Of a DNA stretch of 64,000 nucleotides, positions 8,957 through 18,268 are shown one piece after another. The stretch's first letter is position 1. Each line of letters starts with the position of its first letter. The position numbers were made by a program, and so were the translations under genes. Origin of the DNA: a candidate division Kazan bacterium RIFCSPHIGHO2_01_FULL_44_14 (GTDB lineage: Bacteria > Patescibacteriota > Kazan-3B-28); NCBI GenBank assembly GCA_001771185.1, contig METB01000001.1:631200-695199 (forward strand), read 5' to 3'. The notes beneath the pieces were generated by a model. It saw only the letters and a list, made by a program, of their open reading frames with translations, searched no databases and had not been told where the DNA came from.

Positions 8957-9495
8957 ACGAACTGGCGGATAAAATTAGCAAGGCCATTGAAGTACTACAG
9001 GGTGAATTAGCCGGTATCCGAGCTGGACGAGCGAGTAGCAATCTGGTTGAAAATTTATTAGTGGAGTCCTACGGTAGTAAAATACCACTAAAACAAGTGG
9101 CTAGTATCACTGTGCCTGACGCTCGGTCTCTTGCCATCCAGCCATGGGACAGGGCTAACCTGGCTGGGATTGAACGGGCGATTAGTCAGTCGGAATTGGG
9201 TTTGAACCCGGTTAATGACGGTACAATGGTGCGGTTGAACATTCCGCCATTATCAACCGAACGGAGAGATGAACTAATTAAACTGATTAGGCAACGCGCT
9301 GAAGCGGCCAAGGTGACAATCCGAAATCTGCGTCATGAGGCGATGGAGGGGATTAACCATCAAGTGAAAGATAAGGCCATTTCAGAAGATGAAAGTAAGC
9401 GGTTGCAAAAAACAGTACAGGATAAAATCGATCAAGCTAATGCGCGAATTGAGCAGGTGTTAGCCGACAAAGAGACAGAAATTAAGACCGTTTGA
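8950..9495 (+). CDS. frr: Ribosome recycling factor
   Basis: ...LQGELAGIRAGRASSNLVENLLVESYG... Its start overlaps the tsf stop. Confidence 0.9.
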   Translation: MLNELADKISKAIEVLQGELAGIRAGRASSNLVENLLVESYGSKIPLKQVASITVPDARSLAIQPWDRANLAGIERAISQSELGLNPVNDGTMVRLNIPPLSTERRDELIKLIRQRAEAAKVTIRNLRHEAMEGINHQVKDKAISEDESKRLQKTVQDKIDQANARIEQVLADKETEIKTV

Positions 9496-10187
9496 TGAAT
9501 CGGGACATACCCCAACATATTGCGTTTATTGTGGATGGTAATCGGCGCTGGGCGAAAGAGCGCGGTTTGCCAGTGTGGGAAGGCCACATGCAAGGGATGG
9601 AGACAATGGAACGAGTTTTGGATTGGTGCGATAAAGCGGGCGTAAAATATGTCACGACTTATTTATTTTCAACCGAAAATTGGGGACGGGGTGAGCAAGA
9701 ATTAAATTATTTGTTTGGTGACATTTTTACCAAAGCATTCAAAGAAAAATTTCCGCGTTTGATTGAACAAAATATTCGGTTCAATATTTTTGGCGAAATC
9801 GATCGGTTTCCGGAAAGTATGCGCCGAGGACTAATCAATCTGGTGGAAAAGACCCGAGCTAACACGGGCTTGGTCTGGAATGCTTGTTTAAACTACGGCG
9901 GACGAGCCGAGTTGGTGCGAGCGGTTCAGCAAATTATAAAGAGCCAAATGCCATCAGAGCAAATTACCAAACAAACTATTGCCGACAATTTATATTCCGC
10001 TGGAATACCAGACCCAGATTTAATTATTCGAACTAGTGGCGAACAACGATTGAGTGGATTTCTGTTGTGGCAAGGTTCTTATGCGGAATTATATTTCCCT
10101 GAAGTTTATTTTCCGGCTTTTACCAAGGCCGATTTAGAACAGGCCTTGCAATGGTATGCTGACAGGGACCGGAGGTACGGAAAATAA
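9492..10187 (+). CDS. uppS: Undecaprenyl diphosphate synthase
   Basis: HIAFIVDGNRRWAKERGL ... RTSGEQRLSGFLLWQ. It has an ATGA overlap with frr. Confidence 0.9.
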   Translation: MMNRDIPQHIAFIVDGNRRWAKERGLPVWEGHMQGMETMERVLDWCDKAGVKYVTTYLFSTENWGRGEQELNYLFGDIFTKAFKEKFPRLIEQNIRFNIFGEIDRFPESMRRGLINLVEKTRANTGLVWNACLNYGGRAELVRAVQQIIKSQMPSEQITKQTIADNLYSAGIPDPDLIIRTSGEQRLSGFLLWQGSYAELYFPEVYFPAFTKADLEQALQWYADRDRRYGK

Positions 10188-10262
10188 CAATTAAATCACA
10201 AATCACAAATCACAAACAAAAAGTTAAATTACAAATTTCAAATAACAAATAACAAAAAAGTT

Positions 10263-10349
10263 GTCATCCTGAATTTATTTCAGGATCCAGACAGAAAGAT
10301 AGAAATTATTTGTTTTCTTTTCTGGATTCCGGACTAAATCCGGAATGAC
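10263..10349. repeat. A-family mini-element (gtcatcctgaa...ccggaatgac)
   Basis: It has the GTCATCC/GGAATGAC termini. Confidence 0.7.
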
Positions 10350-10561
10350 GGAAGGAGAATCTGGATTATTTGTTTATTGGTTATTGATGTTTGATTATTA
10401 TTTGATTATTGGTGCTTGATTATTAATTTTTAACGGGGTCCCCGAAATGGTCTAATTCCGATGAACAGAGGAATGAACATTTTGGGGAATAGGAGAAATC
10501 TTTGGGCCCCAAAAGGTTCTGCTTAAAGCCAGAACCGTTAAAGCGAAAGGATCGGGACGTT

Positions 10562-11635
10562 ATGACTTGGTTATCAATCTTAGTGTTTATTTTTATATTT
10601 GGTCTGTTTGTGTTCGTGCACGAATTGGGTCATTTTTGGGCAGCAATTAAATCGGGGGTGAAAGTAGAGGAATTCGGGTTTGGTCTTCCGCCTCGGATTT
10701 GGGGAACAAAAAAGCACGGAGTAATTTATTCAATTAACTGGATTCCCTTTGGTGGATTTGTTCGAATTAAAGGTGAGGGAGTTGACGGTGGGCATGATCC
10801 TGATTCTCTAAAGAATAAATCATATGGAGTTCGGATTTTGGTGACAGTTGGTGGGGTATTGATGAATTTTCTCACGGCTTTTGGGCTGTTGATGTTTGGT
10901 TTTTGGTTGGGGATGCCACCAATTGTGTCTGATGCTAGTCGATATGCGATAGATAATTCTCAATTAGAGTCCCAGATTTTAATTGTGCATGTTGATCGGG
11001 GCACTCCGGCTGAATTGGCGGGGATAAAGGCCGGGGATATTGTGGTAACGGCGGATGGGATAGCGCTTAAAACCGTGCCAGAATTACAGCAAGCCATTGC
11101 CGGTAAACGCCAAGTGAATATGGTAGTCCGGCGCGATCAAGAACGATTAACTTTACCCGTAACAACCATTCGGGAGGAGAATCGGGAAGTAATCGGGGTA
11201 TTGGCGGATGAGTTGGTTTCAAAAGTGCACTACACTTGGTGGAAGGTACCTTATTTTGCGATTCTAGAGACCGGCCAGTTGATTAAAAATATCGCAATCG
11301 GAATTGTAGATTTTTTGGCAAGTTTAGTAAGCACTGGCAGTTTGCCGGATTCAGTGGCTGGACCAGTCGGAATCGCTAAAATCACGGCCCAGGCCGTGGC
11401 ATTAGGATTTTTATCAGTGTTGCAGTTCGCTATCTTTTTAAATGTTAATTTAGGATTAATTAACATTGTTCCATTTCCAGCCCTTGATGGTGGTCGGTTG
11501 TTATTTTTGTTAATCGAGATATCACGCGGTGGCAGACGGATCAAACCAGAAATCGAGAACGCAATTCATAGTTTTGGGTTTTTACTCCTGTTGGCCCTTA
11601 TCTTTGTAGTGACGTACCGTGATATCTTCAAGTAA
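10562..11635 (+). CDS. rseP: RIP metalloprotease RseP (site-2 protease)
   Basis: It has the HELGHFWAA zinc motif, a PDZ domain, and multiple TM segments. Confidence 0.9.
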   Translation: MTWLSILVFIFIFGLFVFVHELGHFWAAIKSGVKVEEFGFGLPPRIWGTKKHGVIYSINWIPFGGFVRIKGEGVDGGHDPDSLKNKSYGVRILVTVGGVLMNFLTAFGLLMFGFWLGMPPIVSDASRYAIDNSQLESQILIVHVDRGTPAELAGIKAGDIVVTADGIALKTVPELQQAIAGKRQVNMVVRRDQERLTLPVTTIREENREVIGVLADELVSKVHYTWWKVPYFAILETGQLIKNIAIGIVDFLASLVSTGSLPDSVAGPVGIAKITAQAVALGFLSVLQFAIFLNVNLGLINIVPFPALDGGRLLFLLIEISRGGRRIKPEIENAIHSFGFLLLLALIFVVTYRDIFK

Positions 11636-11760
11636 CCATCTCGAGAGGGCACCAGTGGGTTCCCTCTCGACGCCCGTCAGCAAAAGCTGAGTTTCACTTC
11701 GTTCAACCAAGCGGTCTGCTCTCCCTCCCTGTTTAGAATTTTGAAATTAAAAACTTATTT

Positions 11761-12570
11761 ATGAAATTGATGGATGGTAAACGAGTGGCTAGTGCTTGGA
11801 CTAAACGGTTGCAGGGGAAGTTCAAGCGGGTAGGCAAGTTGGTGGCTATTTTAGTGGGCGATAATCCCGCCTCATTGGTGTACTTGGAAAAGAAGGCACT
11901 AATGGCAAAAGAATTGGGAGTTCGGTTTGAGTTGTGTCAATTTAAGGCCAGCGTAAATCAGTCCATAGTCGAAAAGAAAATTGCTTTGTTAAATAATGAT
12001 AGGCAAGTGGCGGGAATCATTGTTCAGTTGCCACTGCCGACGAATTGGAATACGGCCAGAGTTATTAATGCGATTATTCCCAGTAAAGATGTTGATGGTT
12101 TAACGGATACTAATATTAGTAATGGTCAAGTATTGCCAGCTACAGCAGTGGGGATTTTGAAATTGTTAGAGGAATACAAAATTAAATTGCAAGGGAAAAA
12201 TATTGTGCTAGTTGGATTTACCCGATTATTAAACATTCCGTTAAGTATTTATTTGGCTAGTTTGAAAAATAATGTGACCGTGTTGCAAGAGGGTACGCGC
12301 AATAAATCAGTTTTGTGTGAGGCCGACATGATTATTACTGCTACAGGCAAGCCGAAATTAATTACCGGCAAAAATGTAAAACAGGGAGTAGTAATTATAG
12401 ACGCAGGTGTCAGTCGAGTTAATAAAAAGTTGGTCGGGGATGCGGATTTTGCTTCGGTTAGCAAGAAAGCCCGGCTGATTACACCGGTTCCGGGCGGGGT
12501 TGGGCCGATGACGGTAGTGGCACTATTTGCCAACTTGTATCAGGCGGTGGGAAGTCGCTCTGGGAGGTAA
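11761..12570 (+). CDS. folD: Bifunctional methylenetetrahydrofolate dehydrogenase/cyclohydrolase
   Basis: ILVGDNPASLVY ... GIIVQLPLP ... PVPGGVGPMTV. Confidence 0.9.
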   Translation: MKLMDGKRVASAWTKRLQGKFKRVGKLVAILVGDNPASLVYLEKKALMAKELGVRFELCQFKASVNQSIVEKKIALLNNDRQVAGIIVQLPLPTNWNTARVINAIIPSKDVDGLTDTNISNGQVLPATAVGILKLLEEYKIKLQGKNIVLVGFTRLLNIPLSIYLASLKNNVTVLQEGTRNKSVLCEADMIITATGKPKLITGKNVKQGVVIIDAGVSRVNKKLVGDADFASVSKKARLITPVPGGVGPMTVVALFANLYQAVGSRSGR

Positions 12571-12584
12571 TTTTACACCGACTG

Positions 12585-12651
12585 CCCAGTAGAAGAAATT
12601 TGATTGCGCTTTGCGCCTTAATCTACGATATATCAAATTTTCTCTACTGGG
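12585..12651. repeat. F-family hairpin element, copy 1 (cccagtagaagaaatttga ... tcaaattttctctactggg)
   Basis: This is an imperfect ~19-bp stem. Copy 2 at 16210-16279 carries a compensatory G/C swap (tttga/tcaaa vs tttca/tgaaa). It lies just upstream of the greA promoter. Confidence 0.65.
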
Positions 12652-12766
12652 TTGACCCCGTTTAAAATTGCCCACCGAAGTGTCTGTCATGTAAGACAAG
12701 GCAATAGTGCCATGCGCTCGTTAGTGATTCGAAAAAAGTCGCCGTGGTGGTGGATTTCTAACGGGG

Positions 12767-12794
12767 TTGACAGGGGGAATACTTAACGTATAAT
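12767..12794 (+). promoter_or_regulatory. Promoter for greA (TTGACA-16-TATAAT)
   Basis: Both -35 and -10 hexamers are consensus. Confidence 0.6.
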
Positions 12795-12840
12795 CAAAAC
12801 TATTCTTGGGTTGAATGATGATACCCAGGCGGTTATAACT

Positions 12841-13308
12841 ATGGGAGTGCAAGAATTGTATATCTCAAAGCAAGGGCTAGAAAAACTTAAACTTGAGCTG
12901 GAAGAACTAAAACAGCAACGGGTTGAAGTTACGGAAAAAATTAAAGATGCCCGTGAGTTTGGTGACTTGTCAGAAAACGCCGAATACCAAGAAGCCAAAA
13001 CCAAGCAATCCTTTATTGAAGGACGGATTGAGGAAATCGAATCCACATTAAAAATGGCGAAAGTAATTGATGCCAGAAATAACGCTAGCGGTGAAGTTGG
13101 GGTTGGTTCGACTGTGATAGTCGACGGCACTGGTCGGGAAGTGACTTATCAAATTGTTGGTTCCAATGAAGCCAGCCCGGAGGAAGGTAGAATTTCTAAT
13201 GAGTCCCCGCTAGGAGTTGCTCTTATGGGATGCCGGGCGGGAGATCGGGTAGTAGTGCCAATGGCGGATGGAGAGAAGAGAGAGTATTTGATTGTGAAGG
13301 TAAGTTAA
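12841..13308 (+). CDS. greA: Transcription elongation factor GreA
   Basis: MGVQELYISKQGLEKLKLELEELK...DLSENAEYQEAK. The ORF also extends to an upstream ATG at 12811. Confidence 0.85.
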   Translation: MGVQELYISKQGLEKLKLELEELKQQRVEVTEKIKDAREFGDLSENAEYQEAKTKQSFIEGRIEEIESTLKMAKVIDARNNASGEVGVGSTVIVDGTGREVTYQIVGSNEASPEEGRISNESPLGVALMGCRAGDRVVVPMADGEKREYLIVKVS

Positions 13309-13328
13309 TCAAGCAACGCGGTCTTTTT

Positions 13329-13395
13329 TGTCATTCTGAACGAAGTGAAGAATCTAGTCCCGGCAGGCCGGGACGTTTTCTTTCTGCCACCATCC
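13329..13395. repeat. A-family half-element (gtcattctgaacgaagtgaagaatctag...)
   Basis: It shares a 5' terminus with the copy inside the RT gene (52019). Confidence 0.6.
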
Positions 13396-13582
13396 CGGCT
13401 TGCCAGGACGGTGGCGCTAAAATGGTGCCCCACTCACAAATGGCTAGCCAATAGAGCAAAATCCTCCTTTCTGGATTTAACCACAAACTCCTCGGGCTAA
13501 AGCCCTCGTCAAACATGTTCATCCAGACCAGAGGATTTTGCTATTGGCGAACGCAATTTGCTCGATGGGTCCTAACAGAATT

Positions 13583-13610
13583 GATACCCCGAGGGACCGA
13601 GGGGATACCT
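13583..13610. repeat. G-family CTCGG-box 28-mer (reverse complement of 5447-5474)
   Basis: The sequence is gataccccgagggaccgaggggatacc. Confidence 0.6.
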
Positions 13611-13654
13611 TAATTTCTAATCCGCCGGCTGGCGGATTAATTTCGAATCAGATC

Positions 13655-13769
13655 TTTCTGCTCCGTCATCCCGAACTTGTTTCGGGATCCAGCAAAGAAA
13701 ACAAACAATCTGTTCTTGTCTAGATTCCGGGTCCCGCCTTCGTCCAGGGCTACGGAACGGGCAGGCAAG
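13655..13769. repeat. A-family mini-element (gtcatcccgaac ... cccggaatgac)
   Basis: It has the family termini and the internal agattccgg core. Confidence 0.7.
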
Positions 13770-13868
13770 CCCGGAATGACAAAAGAACTTTTCACCTATC
13801 ACTAGCCCTCTCTCGAGACCTGGTATAATCAAATAGTTGAGGATATATTTTCTAAATTCTTCTACGGG

Positions 13869-15341
13869 GTGGATTACAGTTTGGATCAAATTATTGCTGG
13901 GCGGTTAACAAAACTCAAAATCCTTCGTGAAAAAGGGATTGAGGCCTATCCGTCTGGGTCAAATCGGACAATGACTTTGGCTGAATTTTTGGATAAGTTT
14001 AATACTATAAAACGAGCCAAGAAGTCCGTCACATTGGCTGGTCGGTTGATGGCGTTCAGGGAATTTGGGGGATTAAGTTTTGGGGTATTGAAAGATGGCT
14101 CGAGCCAGTCGCAAATTTTATTTAAAAAAGATAATCTAGGAGAAAGGGCTTATGTTGACTTAAAACTTTTGGATATTGGCGATATCGTGCAAGTGAAAGG
14201 TCTGGCGATGTTGACTAAGAAAGGCGAGAAGACCCTACAAGTCAGCAAATTAACTTTATTGGCCAAATCACTTCGACCACTGCCGGAAAAATGGCACGGT
14301 TTGACCGACCAAGAGACCAGATTTCGTCAGAGATATTTGGATTTACTATTTAACCCGGAAGTTAAAGAGCGGTTTATTACTCGTCACAAGTTAGTGCAGG
14401 CGATTCGGCAATTTTTAGTTGAGCGGGAGTTTATCGAAGTCGATACTCCAGCGCTTCAACCAATGCCGGGTGGGGCTCTGGCTACGCCATTCAAGACCCA
14501 CTATAACGCGTTAAATTCAGATGTTTATCTTCGAATTGCCCCAGAGTTGTATTTGAAGCGGTTAATTGTCGGTGGGTTTGAGCGAGTATTTGAATTTGCT
14601 CGGGTGTTTCGGAATGAAGGGGTTTCAACTCAACATTTGCAGGATTTCACCATGCTGGAGTTTTACCAGGCATATGCGACTTATGAGGATTTAATGGAGA
14701 TGACAGAACAGATGTTTGGATTTGTGCTAAAGCAGGTCTTTGGGACTTTGAAAATAAAATATGGCGATAAAACGCTCGATTTTAAAGCGCCATGGCCAAG
14801 GAAGACCTTCCGCGATTTAATTAAACAATATGCTGGGATTGATGTGGATAAATTTGCGACCGTTGAAGAACTGCAAGCCGAAATTAAACGCAAGAAAATT
14901 AAATTAACTTATTCGGGCAAGGTTGGACGGGGAAAATTAATTGATGAACTTTATAAAGAAACGGCTCGGCCAAAATTAATCAATCCGATATTTTTAATTG
15001 ACCATCCACTGGATTTGTCGCCACTGGCTAAAATTAAACTAGGGGACTCGGACAAAGTAGAACGGTTCCAGTTGGTAGTGGCGGGGATGGAAATCGTGAA
15101 TGCATTTTCCGAGTTGAATGACCCGATTGATCAAAAGGAACGGTTCAAGGCGCAATCCAAGTTAAAGAAGGAAGGCGACGCTGAAGCCCATTCAATGGAC
15201 GAGGACTTCGTGAAGACCTTGGAATATGGTATGCCACCAACTGCCGGGTGGGGGATGGGAATTGATCGTCTGACGGCCGTTCTGACTGATACTGATTCGA
15301 TTCGGGAGGCCGTGTTATTCCCGTTTATCAAGAACAAGTAG
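13869..15341 (+). CDS. lysS: Lysyl-tRNA synthetase (class II)
   Basis: A GTG start. It has an OB anticodon-binding domain and class II motifs (FRNEG..., GGGIGIDRL). Confidence 0.9.
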   Translation: MDYSLDQIIAGRLTKLKILREKGIEAYPSGSNRTMTLAEFLDKFNTIKRAKKSVTLAGRLMAFREFGGLSFGVLKDGSSQSQILFKKDNLGERAYVDLKLLDIGDIVQVKGLAMLTKKGEKTLQVSKLTLLAKSLRPLPEKWHGLTDQETRFRQRYLDLLFNPEVKERFITRHKLVQAIRQFLVEREFIEVDTPALQPMPGGALATPFKTHYNALNSDVYLRIAPELYLKRLIVGGFERVFEFARVFRNEGVSTQHLQDFTMLEFYQAYATYEDLMEMTEQMFGFVLKQVFGTLKIKYGDKTLDFKAPWPRKTFRDLIKQYAGIDVDKFATVEELQAEIKRKKIKLTYSGKVGRGKLIDELYKETARPKLINPIFLIDHPLDLSPLAKIKLGDSDKVERFQLVVAGMEIVNAFSELNDPIDQKERFKAQSKLKKEGDAEAHSMDEDFVKTLEYGMPPTAGWGMGIDRLTAVLTDTDSIREAVLFPFIKNK

Positions 15342-15372
15342 GGTTTATTGATTTCACAGTACAAAAACTCTG

Positions 15373-15406
15373 GATAATATAATGAACGGCCGTTCATTAT
15401 ATTATC
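15373..15406. promoter_or_regulatory. 34-bp perfect AT-rich palindrome (gataatataatgaacgg|ccgttcattatattatc)
   Basis: Two 17-bp arms are perfect inverted repeats. It sits between convergent lysS and the 15570 (-) gene, and could be an operator or a bidirectional terminator. Confidence 0.4.
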
Positions 15407-15436
15407 TGGATTGGTTGGTGATTTTATACAAAAAAA

Positions 15437-15463
15437 GAGGCCCGAAGGAAGGGGCCTCTTTAA
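15437..15463. terminator. Bidirectional rho-independent terminator (gaggccc-gaaggaa-gggcctc flanked by A- and T-runs)
   Basis: A GC hairpin has an A-tract upstream and a T-tract downstream, between convergent genes. Confidence 0.7.
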
Positions 15464-15569
15464 TTTCATAATGTTCACGTGTTTTACCACTCGTCAGTGA
15501 CCCCTATCATTCCCTGGGGGAGGGAGTTTTGGTAGAGAAGATGACGGGTGCGTGGGACGGATTGCATCG

Positions 15570-15878
15570 CTAGTCGATTAGATCTCCGATTCTTAAATCG
15601 GGGTCGTGGCTGATTGCCACGACATATTTTCCGATTTTTGGGTCCCATACGGCTACGACTCCGTATTTGTGTCCGACTTCGTGTGAGATGGCTACGGCTA
15701 CCGGCAACGATGCTGGTCCGTTGATACGGATTAATCTCCCACCTTTTAAGTCTAACGCGTGAATGGCGGTTACCGCATCGACGACGATTTCGCCGTTCGA
15801 GGCGGGTTCTCCAAAAGCCAGCTTAAGTAGTGAACTACCATCTTCTTCTTGCCCCAATGTCACTTTATAAGAATTCAT
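15570..15878 (-). CDS. Hypothetical protein (102 aa)
   Basis: It is a clean ORF with the SD aaggagg 7 nt upstream. Its family was not recognised. Confidence 0.5.
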   Translation of the reverse strand: MNSYKVTLGQEEDGSSLLKLAFGEPASNGEIVVDAVTAIHALDLKGGRLIRINGPASLPVAVAISHEVGHKYGVVAVWDPKIGKYVVAISHDPDLRIGDLID

Positions 15879-15940
15879 CCTGTAAAACCTCCTTACCTAA
15901 AAAGGTAAACCCCTAGACGAGGAAGACAAGGAGGTATACT

Positions 15941-16033
15941 ATGTCAAACTGCAATGCTCCTAATGTACTCCTAAAAACTATTCTCGTCAATGGTTTTATC
16001 GCTCTGGGAGCGGATTATCAGATATGGGGATAG
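15941..16033 (+). CDS. Small ORF (30 aa, MSNCNAPNVLLKTILVNGFIALGADYQIWG) with a strong SD
   Basis: The SD caaggaggtatact precedes the ATG. It is divergent from the 15570 gene and too short for the ORF track. Confidence 0.3.
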   Translation: MSNCNAPNVLLKTILVNGFIALGADYQIWG

Positions 16034-16209
16034 TTAAAAGTTAAAGGTGAAAAGTGAAAAGTTTAGGTACCTCTTCGATTCGCTTCACTCACTCAGAGAA
16101 TATTTAAAGATAACCTCTTCCCTGTCACAGACCCTACGAAGCTTTAGTGAAGTAGGGCTAACCCGCTAACCTGCTTCCCTGCTTACCCGCTTTTTCTTAC
16201 GGGGTTGAC

Positions 16210-16279
16210 CCAGCTAGAAGAAATTTCATTGCGCTCTGCGCTGATATCCTACGGATATATGAAATTTTCTCTACTGGGT
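16210..16279. repeat. F-family hairpin element, copy 2
   Basis: cccagctagaagaaatttcattgcgctctgcgc...atatatgaaattttctctactggg, followed by gggttgact, which overlaps a -35-like hexamer. Confidence 0.65.
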
Positions 16280-16365
16280 TGACTTTGGCGAGTACTAGGT
16301 ATAACCTACCTGGGCTGGATTGTACTTTAAGAAGATTAGGTTTTTATCTATAGGAGGAGGGAACC

Positions 16366-16752
16366 ATGGGAAAAAGGAAAATAGTTGTCGTTGATGATGA
16401 AGAGTTTGTCAGGATGTCGGTATTCAGAAATTTGGAAGCCGAGTTTGATTCGGATATTGTCTTGGCGTTAGAGCCAAAAGGAAGTGCCAGACATACAGCA
16501 CTTTTGATTATCGATGAGGGCCCAGACGTAATCGTCATGGACCTTGGATTCAATCACCTATCATTTGATGGGGGGGATGTGATTCGAGCTCTTCGTGAAA
16601 ATGGATTTGCTGGTGAGATTATTCTGTTCTCGGGATTTATTCCGGAGGACAAGAAAACGTCCCTTGAGGCGTGCGAAGTTCTGGCTTATATCCAAAAGCC
16701 AAACCTCAATGTTCTCAAGGAGACGCTAAAAACAGCCCTTCGACTCGGCTAA
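16366..16752 (+). CDS. Stand-alone response-regulator receiver (CheY-like) domain protein
   Basis: It has the acidic pocket VVVDDEE, the phospho-acceptor Asp in IVMDLGF, and the conserved Lys in YIQKP. Confidence 0.7.
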   Translation: MGKRKIVVVDDEEFVRMSVFRNLEAEFDSDIVLALEPKGSARHTALLIIDEGPDVIVMDLGFNHLSFDGGDVIRALRENGFAGEIILFSGFIPEDKKTSLEACEVLAYIQKPNLNVLKETLKTALRLG

Positions 16753-16971
16753 CGCCTCGCTCAGGGGATAAAAGAGAGAGGTAACGGCACTTGTTCTTTG
16801 TCCAATAGATAAATTAGGAGGTGGTGTCGCGATGCGGATGCGACTGATTAGGGCTGGGCCCAGATTTCCTTGGTGGCGGAGATGGTCGTGGACTTTTCTC
16901 CGCTATAAACTTGTAACTTTGTTTCGGCGTCGCCGTCGTATGATGATTCGTCGGATCGAACTTTAGGCCAG

Positions 16972-17979
16972 TTAGAAAGTGGTAACAGGCCGAATGACAT
17001 TGTAGGGAGTAGCAGATTGCTGCTCCCTTTTTTTTGGTTCAGACAATATAGACGAGGCAACTAAGTCGCGGATAAGAAATAGTCGGTCGTAGGCCTTTTT
17101 GGAATTTTCAATCATTTCTGGCGTCCATTCTTGACCGTTATTGTAGCGTTTATGGTTGCTTTCAGCTTGGTTGGACAGATAACTTATTTGTCGATCAAGT
17201 TGGTCGACAATTTCACTGGCCAACTCGGTCTCGAAGTTAAATTGACTAAAGGTGGATTTGATTGCGGGACGTAAGTTAACGTATTTTCTATCAACGTCAA
17301 ACCGTTTTTCGCATTGTTCGGCCATTAATTTTAATTGTTCCGGGTTTATACTGATGACTACTAATGGCATTTCTTTTGCTCCTATTGGACGTCCAGTACT
17401 GGGGTCGCGGTAAAAACGGATTTTATTCAGATGTCCATCATTAAGATTATGTTTGATTCTGTTGGTTTTTTTCCTCAATACATCATTGTCTTGACTGACG
17501 GTTGCATCAATGCCAAAAGGGATTTTTTGTCCGGTTTCAGTATCTTCAATGGTGACTACGATATCCGTCCCAGCGAAGATATCATCTGCTTGATCGGCTA
17601 GACCAACATGAATGTTATATCTTTCGTTGCTTGGTTTTAAGTATTTGAAATCTGAAATGCCCTCGACAATTAGTCGGGCAGCTAATTCAGGAGAATGACC
17701 GATGGCTGGTTCATAACTGATTTCGTCCAGTCGGTCCCAATATTCATCACGGAAAGATGCCAAGCACTTCTCGTCATATGGTCCACCTTGCTTTTTACCC
17801 CATCCACTATCAATAACGCGTCGGCTTTCGGTATTTTTAGTTACATCTAAAATGGCCATGTGAAACCGATATTCTGGTGTGTCAGGTCGATAGACCTCTC
17901 CCGAGCGTTGGTTGTAATTATGTTCAGGTGTGCCAAACATTTTGGTTTTTGTTTTAACTTTCCTTTTATTATACCACAA
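16972..17979 (-). CDS. Hypothetical protein (335 aa)
   Basis: It is a long ORF with no recognisable family. The real start is probably an internal Met (MFGTPEH...). Confidence 0.45.
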   Translation of the reverse strand: MWYNKRKVKTKTKMFGTPEHNYNQRSGEVYRPDTPEYRFHMAILDVTKNTESRRVIDSGWGKKQGGPYDEKCLASFRDEYWDRLDEISYEPAIGHSPELAARLIVEGISDFKYLKPSNERYNIHVGLADQADDIFAGTDIVVTIEDTETGQKIPFGIDATVSQDNDVLRKKTNRIKHNLNDGHLNKIRFYRDPSTGRPIGAKEMPLVVISINPEQLKLMAEQCEKRFDVDRKYVNLRPAIKSTFSQFNFETELASEIVDQLDRQISYLSNQAESNHKRYNNGQEWTPEMIENSKKAYDRLFLIRDLVASSILSEPKKREQQSATPYNVIRPVTTF

Positions 17980-18268
17980 AACTTCTGTTGTGTCAAATGG
18001 TAAGGAGTTACCCTTCGCCGGACGCTACGGGTGATCTGCGAGTGACGGTAAGGAGAATGTTATAATTAATAAATAACAAACAAAAAGTTAAATCACAAAT
18101 CTCAAACAACAAACAACAAACAAATTACAAATAATAATGACCGAAACAAGAACAGTTTAGAGCATTGGAATTTAGAATTTGTTTGAGATTTGGAGTTTGA
18201 TTATTGATTATTACACGCGATGAATAAGCATAAATTACAAAATTGAGGAGTAAGAATCTTTATATCTG

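Noticed and set aside
10190-10260. AT-rich tandem tracts (acaaatcacaaatcacaaa; aaataacaaataacaaataacaaataacaaaca at 57836-57869, annotated here under this 10190 tract; similar at 18060-18130, 33265-33385) looked like possible CRISPR repeats
   Set aside because: They are simple 7-9-nt microsatellite-like units with no repeat-spacer periodicity and no cas genes, so they are low-complexity intergenic filler.
13230-13889. ORFs 13230-13454, 13331-13522 (-), 13538-13723 and 13617-13889 (-) in the six-frame track
   Set aside because: They lie entirely inside the repeat island between greA and lysS and translate repeat elements (for example CHSERSEESS, the same peptide the repeat gives inside the RT). 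They have no SD or coherent start and are not treated as genes.
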